DNA of 54,227 nucleotides from a virus. Taxonomy: Duplodnaviria > Caudoviricetes. Shown piece after piece: positions 10,059 through 20,238 of this stretch (positions within the stretch are counted from its first letter, which is position 1; each line of letters starts with the position of its first letter). Location of the stretch: IMG/VR virus record IMGVR_UViG_3300030118_005216, positions 1 to 54,227 of that record. One strand, 5' to 3'. The position numbers were made by a program, and so were the translations under genes. The notes under the pieces were generated by a model, which was not told where the DNA came from, did no database searches, and was given only the letters and a program-made list of their open reading frames with translations.

Positions 10059-12254
10059 CTACATATCAAAGGAACGGTTTTCCATTTCGTTTTTCTTTAG
10101 TTCGTCCGTCTTTGCTTTATTCTCAGGAAGGTCATTATCGGTAGGAGTTTCAGAAGCGGCTTTTGCTGCTGGGTTTGGCTTAGGCATAAAGCTTCTTTCC
10201 CAGCGTGTAGTCGGATTCCCTGCTGCATCTCTCGGTGCAAACATTCGCCGTGTAGCAGAGCGAAGTTTAGCTCCTGTGACCTCTTTGCGAGAATGCTTCT
10301 TCGGGTCTTGGATGATTTCTTCATCAATCTTCCGTCGATCCATTCGTTTCTGCTGACTAGAACGGTACCGAAACTCGCTAGTAAACGCTTTCCAGCCCAG
10401 TCTTGGGTCAGTAAGTCCCTTATCTTTCATGAACTTCTCAAACATGGGAGAAGCCATAACTTCCTGCTGGAACCGTTTACTGTTGTCTCCGCCAGTGTTT
10501 AGAAGGTGCAGGGCAACATCTGCTGGTGAAGACCCCTCTGGAGCCAATTCCAGACCACGTACTTCAGGTCCCGGTTGTTTTGCCTCATCGGGAGCAGTCG
10601 GAGAGGGTTGAGGGGAATCCCCCTCTCCGACTGCTGGCGCGGGTGGGGCTGGAGCAGGTTCGGGTTCGGCTGGTGCAGGTTGTGCGTCGATAACTTTTTT
10701 AGCATTGGTAAAAGCTTCAGTACCGGGATTAGCCGTCATCAATGACTTGGATTGTCCAGCTTTGAATATATCGATACTACCGTCTGGGCGTTGTTGGTAT
10801 TCGTACTGCCCGTCCTGCACTCTCGGTGCTTCGGCAGGAGCGGCTTCCACTGGTTCAGGTTCAGCTTGCGGCGGAGGAGGTGCAGCAGGTTCAGCAGGAG
10901 CCGCAGGTGGAGGGGGTGCCGCAGTGGTGGGGGACTGAGTAGCACTATTCATCGCTTTTTGCGTTGCTTGTGCCCAAGATTCAGGAGTAAGTTTGCCTCC
11001 TCCATCGGTGGACAGAGTGTACGAAAGCTTACCTACATTCTGTCGAGCGTTTTTAATTTGCGCTTCGAGTTCGGCCATCTTTGTTTGTGCGCTTTTGTAG
11101 TCTGGGTCATTCTCCAGATAAGCACGAACTCTTGCCGATTGTTGAGCTTCAATCTCCCGAATAGTCTCGTCTGCTTTTTCATCTGCCTCTAATCGTTTTG
11201 CTTTTGCGATCTCAGCCATACGCAACTCTTGACGAACTCGCTGCCCATATGTTTCATAGAACCTGTTTCCGGCAGAAACAAACGTCTCTTCGGATGATTG
11301 CAGTCCTGCTGCACCTAGCGCGTTATTGAGTACATCTAAAAACAGGGCTTTTTGTGAAGCATCCATTGTTTTTAGTGCGCCCAACACTTGTTCACCAAAC
11401 GCTGCTTTTCCTGTATTTCTATTACCTTGAGAGCGAAACATAAGTTTAGGGTCGGGGCCTTTTTCTCTAGTGAATACTAGATCACTACCCATAATGTCGT
11501 TCACTATATTGGAGACATTTTTGAGTCTCAGCATCTCGCTACTGTAGCCCTGCCAGCCGTCATTACGCTTCTCCTCAAGAACACGGTCGAGTCTTTGGCG
11601 TAGATCTTGGCTCTGCTCTTTCATTGCCGCTTGAGCAGAGGCTTCTTTGTTTCGCATAACAGTCTGAAAAATATCCGACTGCTCTTTGTACATTGTTTCA
11701 AGCCCTTCAAGGCTGGCTGTCTGCCCAGAAAGAGCAGCTTTTAGGCTTGATTGTGCTGCTTCTTCTTGTGCTGCAAGGAGATTTAGGAGACGTGTTTGAT
11801 AGGTAGCCTTGTCCCTGTCTGTCATGAATCCAGAGTCTTTGCCCTGAAAAGACCTTCCCATACCGCCAAGAGCGCCAAAAAACCTCTGCACGGGTTTCCT
11901 AAACCTATCGGCTTCTCTGTTTCGCATGTTTTGAATGAAGGCTTGGCTAAATTGTCCAAGAGGCTGTGTCGGGTCAGGAGCCTTCGATTCTATTTGCATC
12001 GGAGCGGTTTGAGTGGGAGTGGCTGTTCCTGCTGGAGCACCCTCAATTTCTCCCATAGGTTCAGCATCAGGAGCAGCATCAGGCAAAGCGGCAGGAGCCG
12101 CCTCACCCATAAGCACTCCGCCCTCCGGAGCGTCCGAGCCAAACGGGACTGCTGTGACAACATCACCTGTCTGGTAGAACATGTATTCAGCAGGGTTTTC
12201 ACCGGCTTGCTGAATTTTGGCAGTAACTTCGCCCTTATCTACTCCTGTATACAT
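10059..12254 (-). CDS. Putative internal virion/ejection protein with Pro/Ala-rich linkers
   Basis: 731 aa, helical/coiled coil, PAPAEP low-complexity tracts; adjacent to the giant protein. Confidence 0.55.
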   Translation of the reverse strand: MYTGVDKGEVTAKIQQAGENPAEYMFYQTGDVVTAVPFGSDAPEGGVLMGEAAPAALPDAAPDAEPMGEIEGAPAGTATPTQTAPMQIESKAPDPTQPLGQFSQAFIQNMRNREADRFRKPVQRFFGALGGMGRSFQGKDSGFMTDRDKATYQTRLLNLLAAQEEAAQSSLKAALSGQTASLEGLETMYKEQSDIFQTVMRNKEASAQAAMKEQSQDLRQRLDRVLEEKRNDGWQGYSSEMLRLKNVSNIVNDIMGSDLVFTREKGPDPKLMFRSQGNRNTGKAAFGEQVLGALKTMDASQKALFLDVLNNALGAAGLQSSEETFVSAGNRFYETYGQRVRQELRMAEIAKAKRLEADEKADETIREIEAQQSARVRAYLENDPDYKSAQTKMAELEAQIKNARQNVGKLSYTLSTDGGGKLTPESWAQATQKAMNSATQSPTTAAPPPPAAPAEPAAPPPPQAEPEPVEAAPAEAPRVQDGQYEYQQRPDGSIDIFKAGQSKSLMTANPGTEAFTNAKKVIDAQPAPAEPEPAPAPPAPAVGEGDSPQPSPTAPDEAKQPGPEVRGLELAPEGSSPADVALHLLNTGGDNSKRFQQEVMASPMFEKFMKDKGLTDPRLGWKAFTSEFRYRSSQQKRMDRRKIDEEIIQDPKKHSRKEVTGAKLRSATRRMFAPRDAAGNPTTRWERSFMPKPNPAAKAASETPTDNDLPENKAKTDELKKNEMENRSFDM

Positions 12255-12268
12255 TTTTTATCCCCAAA

Positions 12269-12721
12269 CTACGCGATTAGACTCGACAAGCCTTCCATAA
12301 CTGCTCCAAGCCCCTTCATTCCAGCATCGCGTTCGTTTGCTGCCTGTTGAAACGCGCTGTTACCCGTTGTAGTGAAGAAAGAGTACTGGTTTCTTAGTTG
12401 GCTCGCTTTTCCAGCCCTAATCGCGTCTAAAATATTCTTAGAAGATGATGCCGCTGTGTTTGCAGCAACATCTCCCATTGCACGAGCTTGGTTTGGGTCA
12501 AAACCTTCGCCTGTCTGCATGGCTTGGGCAGTCGCTGCTCCAAGGTCGGTTGAGACGTTTGCAGAGTCGATCATGTCACCTTTGTCGATGACGTCCCGAG
12601 ACTCGATCTCTTTTATTTTCTTACCGGCACGTTTCCCCATTTTAAGCTGAAGGTCACGAACTGCATTCGGATTTTCGTCTCCGGTTCTACCAAAAAAACC
12701 AAACATTTTTCCGAGCGCCAT
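12269..12721 (-). CDS. Small putative ejection (DNA pilot) protein
   Basis: 150 aa, Ala/Gly/Gln-rich, amphipathic C-terminus GMKGLGAVMEGLSSLIA; first of three genes in the ejection-protein position. Confidence 0.5.
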   Translation of the reverse strand: MALGKMFGFFGRTGDENPNAVRDLQLKMGKRAGKKIKEIESRDVIDKGDMIDSANVSTDLGAATAQAMQTGEGFDPNQARAMGDVAANTAASSSKNILDAIRAGKASQLRNQYSFFTTTGNSAFQQAANERDAGMKGLGAVMEGLSSLIA

Positions 12722-12724
12722 TTT

Positions 12725-13447
12725 TTAACCCCCTGCTTTTGGAAACCAAATTACTTTAAAATTTCTTGTTCGAAACACAAGATGCCTCTTTTTCTGGACA
12801 GCTACAATTCCAGCGCTGTGCCACCCCGAATTCATTTCTTTGACGTAATGTCCTGACCACACTCGGTCTCTGTGAGGTCGTTGAATTTCTTCTTTTGTTA
12901 CTGAATCATCGTCATGAATATGGACCGACTCTGTAATGTTTCGATATCCAGTAGATCCTGTACTACCATCAACCCGAAGAGCCATAGCTGCTCGATTAGA
13001 TCCGTCTCCCATGTACACAGAGCTAGCCCCGCCAATCATCCACGTCATGACAACAACACTTCTTTTAGGCAGATAAAACTCGGCATTAGCGCCCGGGATC
13101 TCAATGTAGCTCTCGTTTCTGTCGTCGTCGTTTTGGAAAAAGTGATCACACCTGTATGGCATGTTTCCGGTCAGCCCAACCATTGTTGAATCACAGAAAC
13201 TTCTAGGCTGAATATGTCGATGTTTGAGGTCCTCTACATTTAGTATTTGACCATTTATTCCGCTAAAAGAGAGATTTACATCAGAATTTTTAGGATTATA
13301 AAACTCTTTACCGAGGTTAGGTCCCTCAAGAAACCCGTCCGTAAAAAGATCGTCTCCACCAAAACCGTCAAAATTATCACCAATAGCAGAGACACCCGGG
13401 GCAGGCTCTTCTGCTTCAGCTTCTCCAGTTTCTGGTATTATTGGCAT
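12725..13447 (-). CDS. Tail appendage-like protein
   Basis: 240 aa with a beta-rich C-terminus; in the tail region. Confidence 0.5.
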   Translation of the reverse strand: MPIIPETGEAEAEEPAPGVSAIGDNFDGFGGDDLFTDGFLEGPNLGKEFYNPKNSDVNLSFSGINGQILNVEDLKHRHIQPRSFCDSTMVGLTGNMPYRCDHFFQNDDDRNESYIEIPGANAEFYLPKRSVVVMTWMIGGASSVYMGDGSNRAAMALRVDGSTGSTGYRNITESVHIHDDDSVTKEEIQRPHRDRVWSGHYVKEMNSGWHSAGIVAVQKKRHLVFRTRNFKVIWFPKAGG

Positions 13448-13459
13448 TAAGAGAAATCT

Positions 13460-14491
13460 CTATGGGTAGTTTAGAGTTAATTCTGAGGAAGAATCGGCGT
13501 GGACTGAAGAAAAGTATATAGCATCTAAGCTTTTTTCTCTAATACTTGCTACGCCATCATAAGCGCCTGTGCCCCTTGCGTGCCATTTGCCCGAGCATGT
13601 TTTTAAGCAAGCGAACAACTGGAAAGCGTCGATTCGTTTTTTAAAGTCCTTTCCTTTTGATTTTACCGCAAAACGAGAAGACGACACCGGGCTAGTGCCT
13701 TTAAAAGCAGCGCAATTAATATCCGAGTAAGTAACGAAAGATCGAATAGGCATATTCTTTCGGACGTTCGTTAAGATCTTACACACTCTAGCATACGGAA
13801 GAGTCGCTCCTCCGCCAGCCGTCGTTACCCACGGACTAGAGGTACTAGCGCTGTTGTTCGTGTTTGTGTCACTGTCAATAAACCTAACAGTAGACGGGAG
13901 AGGAATTTTTGTTCTTTCACCTGTCTCAGCGTCAATTACAATTGCGACAAGAACCAGAAACAGTAGCGTGTGTGGAGTATCGGCATTGAGTATGCCTTTT
14001 TGTGTTTTTAGAGAACTATACAACTCAGTTACGTATGCTTCAGACATAACTAAAATTCCGTTTGAGTCGTCTCCAAGCAAATCAATTTGTGCAGGAAATT
14101 GAGCTTCGACTAAAAACCTCCAACCAAACTTGCTAGTACCGCGTGTTGTTATTTGATCTCCTGCACTTGGTATAAAAGTAGCGCCTGTATTTTTCTGCCA
14201 AAGCGGATCCCTGTTCCGCGTTTCTTCACTTGAACTGACGTTTCCCGGCCAAAGATCACCGCTAGTTCCACCGTTTTGTGTGCTCAACGCAGTTGTACTT
14301 TTGATGTAGTTGCTTGCCGTGAGCGAAACTGTGCTTGTGTTGCACGAAGAAGACCCAAAAGCACGATCTGCAATATTATCTTGAGCAGATGGAGAGTTTA
14401 GGGATTTTCGGATCTTTTGCCCAATATCTGTAAGGCGGTTTGCATAAATCTCTTCACCATCAATAAGAGGAGACCATTCAATTTTAGCCAT
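13460..14491 (-). CDS. Tail appendage-like protein (start re-called at MAKIEW)
   Basis: ATG at 14491 overlaps the upstream stop as TAATG; N-terminus DGEEIYANRL resembles that of the neighbouring gene. Confidence 0.55.
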   Translation of the reverse strand: MAKIEWSPLIDGEEIYANRLTDIGQKIRKSLNSPSAQDNIADRAFGSSSCNTSTVSLTASNYIKSTTALSTQNGGTSGDLWPGNVSSSEETRNRDPLWQKNTGATFIPSAGDQITTRGTSKFGWRFLVEAQFPAQIDLLGDDSNGILVMSEAYVTELYSSLKTQKGILNADTPHTLLFLVLVAIVIDAETGERTKIPLPSTVRFIDSDTNTNNSASTSSPWVTTAGGGATLPYARVCKILTNVRKNMPIRSFVTYSDINCAAFKGTSPVSSSRFAVKSKGKDFKKRIDAFQLFACLKTCSGKWHARGTGAYDGVASIREKSLDAIYFSSVHADSSSELTLNYP

Positions 14492-15273
14492 TATGTTAAC
14501 TCCAGTATAATCAACTCTCTTGAGGCTATGACATAACCACAATGGTCAGGATCAAATTGGGGGTAAGACCTGTTTGCTCTGGGTACTCTGGCCTGAAGAG
14601 ATATTTTATGTTTTCCCTGTGAGATCGGAAGAATGAAGTCAGTCACAAAGGGAGAAGAAAAATGTGAATAGGCTGCGCCATACTGGTCATTTGAGGTTTC
14701 CTGCCCACCAATTGTCGTCTCTGAAACCCGAGAACCATCAATCGCAAGACAGTACTGCACTCCCGGCAAGAATCTATATCTGTCCTTAATGTCTAGATTA
14801 TTTGAATCGCTTGCTGACTTTTCTACGTTTCCGTTAAGCTGCTCTTCTCCGTCTACATAGTAGGTCTGTTGCAAAGAGCCCAAAACCCAAAGAAGGCATT
14901 CGCGAGAAACAATCTCTACAGATGCAATATCAGTCCAACCAGCATTATAAGATAGGATTTGGTTACCGCTAAAAGGCTTAGGAGTACTAGAAGCAAAGCT
15001 TACTGTTTTCGGTAGATAGTGCTGGTAAGTGTCTCTGCCATCACCAAAAATAGGTCCAATGGGTCCTTGTGGGCAATTTAATTCAGCAGCCTCAAAAACC
15101 TTGGTTGTCCTACAGAGCGCACCCTCTGATACAGTAGCGCTATTCGATTTTACGTTTACTTCGTTTATGTTTCCGTTTATTTCTTGTATAAGCTCTGAGA
15201 AGTTCTCATTGATCGATTTGGGATCAATTGGTGTTCCGTTATCGAACTTATGTTTTGGAAATACGATAGACAT
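14491..15273 (-). CDS. Tail appendage/fibre-anchor-like protein
   Basis: N-terminus FDNGTPIDPKSINENFSELIQEINGNI matches the tail-attachment motif F.NG..I.A..VN.NF common after podovirus nozzle genes; TAATG coupling. Confidence 0.55.
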   Translation of the reverse strand: MSIVFPKHKFDNGTPIDPKSINENFSELIQEINGNINEVNVKSNSATVSEGALCRTTKVFEAAELNCPQGPIGPIFGDGRDTYQHYLPKTVSFASSTPKPFSGNQILSYNAGWTDIASVEIVSRECLLWVLGSLQQTYYVDGEEQLNGNVEKSASDSNNLDIKDRYRFLPGVQYCLAIDGSRVSETTIGGQETSNDQYGAAYSHFSSPFVTDFILPISQGKHKISLQARVPRANRSYPQFDPDHCGYVIASRELIILELT

Positions 15274-17576
15274 TACGGAATCCGAGTTTTTGGATTGTTT
15301 TTAGTTTCTTGCTCCATGGTGAGTGCTATGAACTCAAAAGGTCTTCGACTCTTGACCCGGATCTTATAGACTTCACAAGAAGGAACGCTAATATCAGCCG
15401 AAGTCCAGTAAGGTCGTTTTGACTGGTATACGGGAGCATCTTCTTTGCCGGTCGCAGAAAAAGATTCTGTAGTCGTAGACCCCCAAAAATGTGGTACATC
15501 TTCTTCGCTTTTAAGTGAAGCGGTAGTTGTATACACTGGTTTTGATTTTCGCCAATCTCGATAAACTTCGATTGTAGCAGACCCAACGTGCGACTCGACA
15601 AGAGATAGATAAACAGTCTTCGCCGAAACACGATCGATTGAGGATTCCCAAGAAATCCAATTCGTTTCTACGACGTATTCTCGGTGCAAAGGATCTTCGG
15701 TCCAGTCAAAATTATTCTCACGGTCCAACACAAAGAATCCTTTATAAACTTCGGTGTCAGAGTTTCGGGACGTGTTTGTTGTTGTAAAGCCCTCACCTGA
15801 GTAGACGCTTCCACCAGCAAAAATATATTTTCTGTGGTCTTGAGAAATACAAGCACAAGAGACATGCTCGTTAGTTCTGCGTCTCCAACCAGAACCATCG
15901 AAGATTAAACACAGAGAGTTTTCTTGGTTTCCATCCATTGGAACCCAGCAACGGTATTCTTCGCTCTCTGGAACAAAGACAGCTACAGACTGTTTTTCTC
16001 GTGATTTAGTGATCCGATTAATTATCTCTTGTATTTTTCCGCTAATGTTTTCGATCTTATTTTCGATGAGGCGATAAAATCCATTTCTCCCCAACCAACA
16101 TACGGAGCCGTCAGGCAGCGCAACGATGGAGGAAGGAGCAACACAGCCAATTGTAGAACTAATTGGGACCGTCTTAAAACCCCGACCATCGTCGCTGGCG
16201 ACTACTGCGAAAGTAGAGCCCTCCGTGAAAGCTAACAAACCTGTATCTCTAGCAATCAATCCTGTAATTTCGCTGGACTTCGTGTCAGGAAAGATTCGAT
16301 CTGAAGAACGGAAAGTACCGTACCTACCTGCGAGCGAGGGTACAATCATACCGGGATCGGTAGAAGTGTTGCCAATCCACAACCTGCCCAAACAGAACGC
16401 AGCTAGTTTGAACGACGGAACAGGCATAATGTCAGAAAAAGCCGGGACACTCAGGTATCCATCTGGAACATTGTCTGCGAAATGAGTTGATACATTGTCT
16501 GGAATAGACATGGTCGGAGAAGTGGCTGTGTATCCCACATTTCCTGACAAGAAATATAAATTACCATCACCAGAGTTAAGTAGGTCTTTTGTTCTATAAA
16601 GACGGCGTCCGACTGTTCCTTCCGGCCCCGGGTCTACACTTTCCCATATCAACGATTTTTTTAAGTTACCTGAACTCTTATCGTTTTCTGTAGACAGGGT
16701 GCTATCTTCGTCGTTTCCGCCCACAATAAACTCATCAATCTTGACTTCACCAGAACGGTCTGACATTGGAGAAAAATTACCAAAGTAGTCAATCCACTGC
16801 GAGGAACAACGCCATGTACCAATCTGAAGCCTAAGCCCGAGAGAATCGTTTGTAGTAGTTCCGATGCGCCCATCGCCAAAAGAAAACGGCGCTGGAACGT
16901 GTTTATCGGAAGTGTGGTAAACGTAGCCTGAATAAGAGGCTGGACCTTTTCCCCAGTTCTCAGAATAAGTTGGTCCACGACCAATAGGGGGAGAAGGGAT
17001 CGCGTCGTAGCCCAGAGGCAATGCGACCGTACCATCATAGATGTAGGACCTTTGATACGACTGAGGAACGATTACAATGCCCTTGTCTGTAGTGACGAAC
17101 TGCGTAGGAAATTGTGGACTGTTTGTCGCTGTCGCTTCAACGTCTTGTAGGAATAGAGCAGACTTTTTTAGGGTAAAAACTTCGCTCGCTATTGTATCGT
17201 TATTACCAACAATATTTTTTAAAACCGATCTGTCAGTAAGCCTATTTTGCGGTTGGTATTCCTGTATTCCTGCGTCTGTGTGCAGCAGAAGAACATCTCG
17301 ACCGTTTGGAAGTACAGCGTGATGAATTCCATATTTTCTAGAATCTAGAAAAGTACGGTGAAATCGCTCACCAATTCCTTTGTCTTCATACGTGCTTTCC
17401 GTCAAACCTCGGTATGAAATTAGTTTTGTCGGCCCAAGTACTGGCTCTAATGTTCCGCGAGGGCTCGCCACAAAATTCTTAATCTCAGAAGCATCGTCAG
17501 CCTCCAAGACGACCTTTCCACCCTCAGAGCGGTATAGATATGGTCCTGTTTGAGTTCTGTTGCGGCTGTTCGCCAT
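15273..17576 (-). CDS. Tail nozzle/stabilisation protein (P22 gp10 / T7 gp12-like)
   Basis: 767 aa beta-propeller-like sequence (GRLWIG, ITGL, IGCVAPSSIV, CWLGRNGFYRL, ISGKIQEII); follows the adaptor gene. Confidence 0.75.
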   Translation of the reverse strand: MANSRNRTQTGPYLYRSEGGKVVLEADDASEIKNFVASPRGTLEPVLGPTKLISYRGLTESTYEDKGIGERFHRTFLDSRKYGIHHAVLPNGRDVLLLHTDAGIQEYQPQNRLTDRSVLKNIVGNNDTIASEVFTLKKSALFLQDVEATATNSPQFPTQFVTTDKGIVIVPQSYQRSYIYDGTVALPLGYDAIPSPPIGRGPTYSENWGKGPASYSGYVYHTSDKHVPAPFSFGDGRIGTTTNDSLGLRLQIGTWRCSSQWIDYFGNFSPMSDRSGEVKIDEFIVGGNDEDSTLSTENDKSSGNLKKSLIWESVDPGPEGTVGRRLYRTKDLLNSGDGNLYFLSGNVGYTATSPTMSIPDNVSTHFADNVPDGYLSVPAFSDIMPVPSFKLAAFCLGRLWIGNTSTDPGMIVPSLAGRYGTFRSSDRIFPDTKSSEITGLIARDTGLLAFTEGSTFAVVASDDGRGFKTVPISSTIGCVAPSSIVALPDGSVCWLGRNGFYRLIENKIENISGKIQEIINRITKSREKQSVAVFVPESEEYRCWVPMDGNQENSLCLIFDGSGWRRRTNEHVSCACISQDHRKYIFAGGSVYSGEGFTTTNTSRNSDTEVYKGFFVLDRENNFDWTEDPLHREYVVETNWISWESSIDRVSAKTVYLSLVESHVGSATIEVYRDWRKSKPVYTTTASLKSEEDVPHFWGSTTTESFSATGKEDAPVYQSKRPYWTSADISVPSCEVYKIRVKSRRPFEFIALTMEQETKNNPKTRIP

Positions 17577-17587
17577 ACTGTATGGCC

Positions 17588-18169
17588 TTATTCTGCATTA
17601 CTAAGAATTGTGTCCGAGTGAAGACTGCAAGAAGACTTTTCTAAGTGGTTTCTAAGGGCCTTCTCATAAGCGTATTTTTTACCACAGACACCGCAGACAA
17701 ACTGCTTCTTTTTCTTTTGGTAGTCTTCTCCAATAAAATAATCAGAGTCTTCTGGGTCTGTCATTGCAGATTCTTGCTCTTCGTAATCTTGCGTCGTTGC
17801 TTCTACTGCGGCTTCAACAGCATCCTCTACAGTCTCTGAGAAAGCTACTGACATTGCTGCTGGAACAATGTCCGAGGCATCCTTGCCCTGTTCTGTCAGG
17901 ATTTCTGTTACTCGCTGTGCGATCTTTTCAATAACCATCAAAAGGTTGTCATCGGTCAATGCGTAGACAGGTTCCCAGTTTCGGAGGTCATTGTTGTTCT
18001 GATTGATGTAGTAAGCTGCTTGACCGGGAATAAGAAAAAGCGCTTTCCAGTTACCGAGGTCGTCTTTGACCATAGACTGAATAGTTGCGTATTCGTACTT
18101 TCCGTTTTCTTTCTCTCGTCGCCAGTAAACAGCAGAAGGGTTCGGTGCTGGAAAAAGTGTTGTAGGCAT
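17588..18169 (-). CDS. Protein with an acidic linker and a C-terminal classical-type zinc finger
   Basis: FVCGVCGKKYAYEKALRNHLEKSSCSLH matches F-x-C-x2-C-x3-[FY]-x5-L-x2-H. Confidence 0.65.
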   Translation of the reverse strand: MPTTLFPAPNPSAVYWRREKENGKYEYATIQSMVKDDLGNWKALFLIPGQAAYYINQNNNDLRNWEPVYALTDDNLLMVIEKIAQRVTEILTEQGKDASDIVPAAMSVAFSETVEDAVEAAVEATTQDYEEQESAMTDPEDSDYFIGEDYQKKKKQFVCGVCGKKYAYEKALRNHLEKSSCSLHSDTILSNAE

Positions 18170-19689
18170 TAACTCTCCGTGTATCTTACTCGGGTATCCC
18201 TAATAGGCCTGCGTGCCCGAGCAATCTTCTTTTTGGGTCTGGCACGGGTAAGAAGCCCATACCGTTTTGTCAGTGTTCTAAGCATACTCTGGTAGCCTTG
18301 TTCCGCCAAAGCCGCGCTATCTAACGCGCCTTCCATAGTATGAATAAAAACAATAGTTTTTTGTACCAGAGCGCCTACAGCTTCTACATGAATGCGCGGA
18401 GCATCTTGATCACTAATTAGTTTTTGAGGTTTCCTAAGTACTCGACAATCTACTTCGTATCGAGCATCGGGCATTGGATGAAAACGTACCGTCTGATACC
18501 CATGAACTTCTTTGAGTCGTCTACGGTATTCAGGCATTTTTTGGCCTTTGTGTACGTATTCAACTTTTCCGTCCTCTGCGGAACCCTCTATTTCGTCCAG
18601 CAGATAAAAAACACCATCAGCCATAGGATGGACAGGCATTTTACCCGTAGAGTTAGTAGAATTCGTTCGACGAACATAGATTCTAATTTTGTAAGCAGAA
18701 TCATCAAACCGCTCACTGCGTTTTTCGAGTGAAGTTCCACCAGAGCTGAGCGCGTAGGCGTCATCAAAGCCTTGGTCAATATATGGGAACTGGAGCGTTA
18801 CAGTAGTTCCCTTTGTCGTAACTTTTGGTGTGATCGGAGAAGGAGAACTTTCCCATCGAGGCTCATACAAGCCATTAGGTGCTTGGAGTTCTTTGTCTCT
18901 TTTGCCCCACACATACGTAAAACAGTACTCAAAAGTTCCTTCTGTGTCTGGTCCGACCCAAGCCTCGCCTTGATCATCTGAAAATTGTGCGGCTACTGTT
19001 GGTGCATCAATTTGCATGTGGCGACCACGAAAAAGCGTATCAGGTCGTCCGCTGTATTGGCCTTTATAGTCAATGTAATCAAACCGCTCCATGTCATTTT
19101 GGTTTCTGACAGCAAGCTGGTAGTGAGTAGGACCGAAGAGTCGAGCAGACCGCAACTCAATTATGTCTGCGGGAAGATTGTATTCTGGAGTGAAGATTCG
19201 ATACTTCAAATCGGGTGCGGCTGGGTCAATGCTTCCGGCCTCATCCCAAGGTGTATCAAGAATAATTGTGCTTTTTATGTGGTCCACGCCACCAACAGTG
19301 GTGTCTGAGTTTCGGATATGACGAATGCGTCTGCGAAGGCATTGTCCATTAGACAATTCGACTTCCAGCATCCGACCATCCCATGTACCATCTTCGCTAA
19401 AAGCAGTAATAGAAGAGCCAATCTCCGACTTAAGAGCCGTTCGGATTAGAACACGGGTATCTGACAGTGGACTCTTGTGGAGTTTGTCGCTTGAATGCGT
19501 ACCTGTTGAAATATCAGGCTGCGTAATAATCCGACATTCTTCTTCAAAAAAGAGGAACGGGGCCTCCAACGAAAGCACGTTGTAAGCCCGGTTAATCATG
19601 TGATCAACCTTGTCCTTGAACGCGGTGGACTGGTCCGGTTGCCAGTCCACCTGTTCAAGTACTCGGGTGCGGATTTCACCCTTGTTCAT
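18169..19689 (-). CDS. Head-tail adaptor (tail tubular protein A / P22 gp4-like) with large insertions
   Basis: N-terminus MNKGEIRTRV...VDHMINRAY, internal YNLPAD and C-terminal VRFHPMPD.RYEV...KPQKL..DQD.P follow the adaptor pattern; directly after the capsid genes. Confidence 0.7.
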   Translation of the reverse strand: MNKGEIRTRVLEQVDWQPDQSTAFKDKVDHMINRAYNVLSLEAPFLFFEEECRIITQPDISTGTHSSDKLHKSPLSDTRVLIRTALKSEIGSSITAFSEDGTWDGRMLEVELSNGQCLRRRIRHIRNSDTTVGGVDHIKSTIILDTPWDEAGSIDPAAPDLKYRIFTPEYNLPADIIELRSARLFGPTHYQLAVRNQNDMERFDYIDYKGQYSGRPDTLFRGRHMQIDAPTVAAQFSDDQGEAWVGPDTEGTFEYCFTYVWGKRDKELQAPNGLYEPRWESSPSPITPKVTTKGTTVTLQFPYIDQGFDDAYALSSGGTSLEKRSERFDDSAYKIRIYVRRTNSTNSTGKMPVHPMADGVFYLLDEIEGSAEDGKVEYVHKGQKMPEYRRRLKEVHGYQTVRFHPMPDARYEVDCRVLRKPQKLISDQDAPRIHVEAVGALVQKTIVFIHTMEGALDSAALAEQGYQSMLRTLTKRYGLLTRARPKKKIARARRPIRDTRVRYTES

Positions 19690-19692
19690 TTA

Positions 19693-20217
19693 TCAACCCG
19701 GGCAGTTGATCATAGAGGTACAGAACTGACCAGCGGCTGCGGCACCGTCGCCTTTGTCCTGATTCTCTGTGGAGAATGCAATGATACATTCTTCTGAACC
19801 GTCAGCAAACACATCTGCTCGACCCAACGCTTGAGTAACCAGAGGCTTATTAGCTTGGTCCTCTCCCGTATCGTGAACAGCAACTTCTCCTAGACCCTTC
19901 TTAAGAATGAACCCAAAAGAACCAGAAGCAATTGTGTGTTGAGCAACACCAAGGCAACGGATGGCTGGAATTGAAGCACCAGTGGTGACAACACCCTTGG
20001 CTGTAACAGCCCCATCTGCACGCATTACGATCTCACCCTTAGCCAATGCTCCACCGGCTTCAATGTAAATCCAAATGCGTTCTTGGTAGTTGTTAGTAGC
20101 GTCCGCAGGTTCACAATACTGAAAACCCAATGGAAGCTTTTGACCCGATTCGGGGTCGCTAGCGGAATAGGCGGCATGAACGTCAGTGACGCTAATGCCC
20201 ATAGTACGAGTAGACAT
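19693..20217 (-). CDS. Capsid decoration/cement protein
   Basis: Immediately downstream of the capsid gene; WIYIEAGGALAKGEIV...GVAQHTIASGSFGFILKKG; AAGGAG RBS. Confidence 0.65.
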   Translation of the reverse strand: MSTRTMGISVTDVHAAYSASDPESGQKLPLGFQYCEPADATNNYQERIWIYIEAGGALAKGEIVMRADGAVTAKGVVTTGASIPAIRCLGVAQHTIASGSFGFILKKGLGEVAVHDTGEDQANKPLVTQALGRADVFADGSEECIIAFSTENQDKGDGAAAAGQFCTSMINCPG

Positions 20218-20238
20218 TTCTGTCTCCTTTTCCTTAGA

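Noticed and set aside
1-15273. Diversity-generating retroelement or invertible fibre cassette
   Set aside because: No reverse transcriptase, recombinase or template/variable repeat pair was seen.
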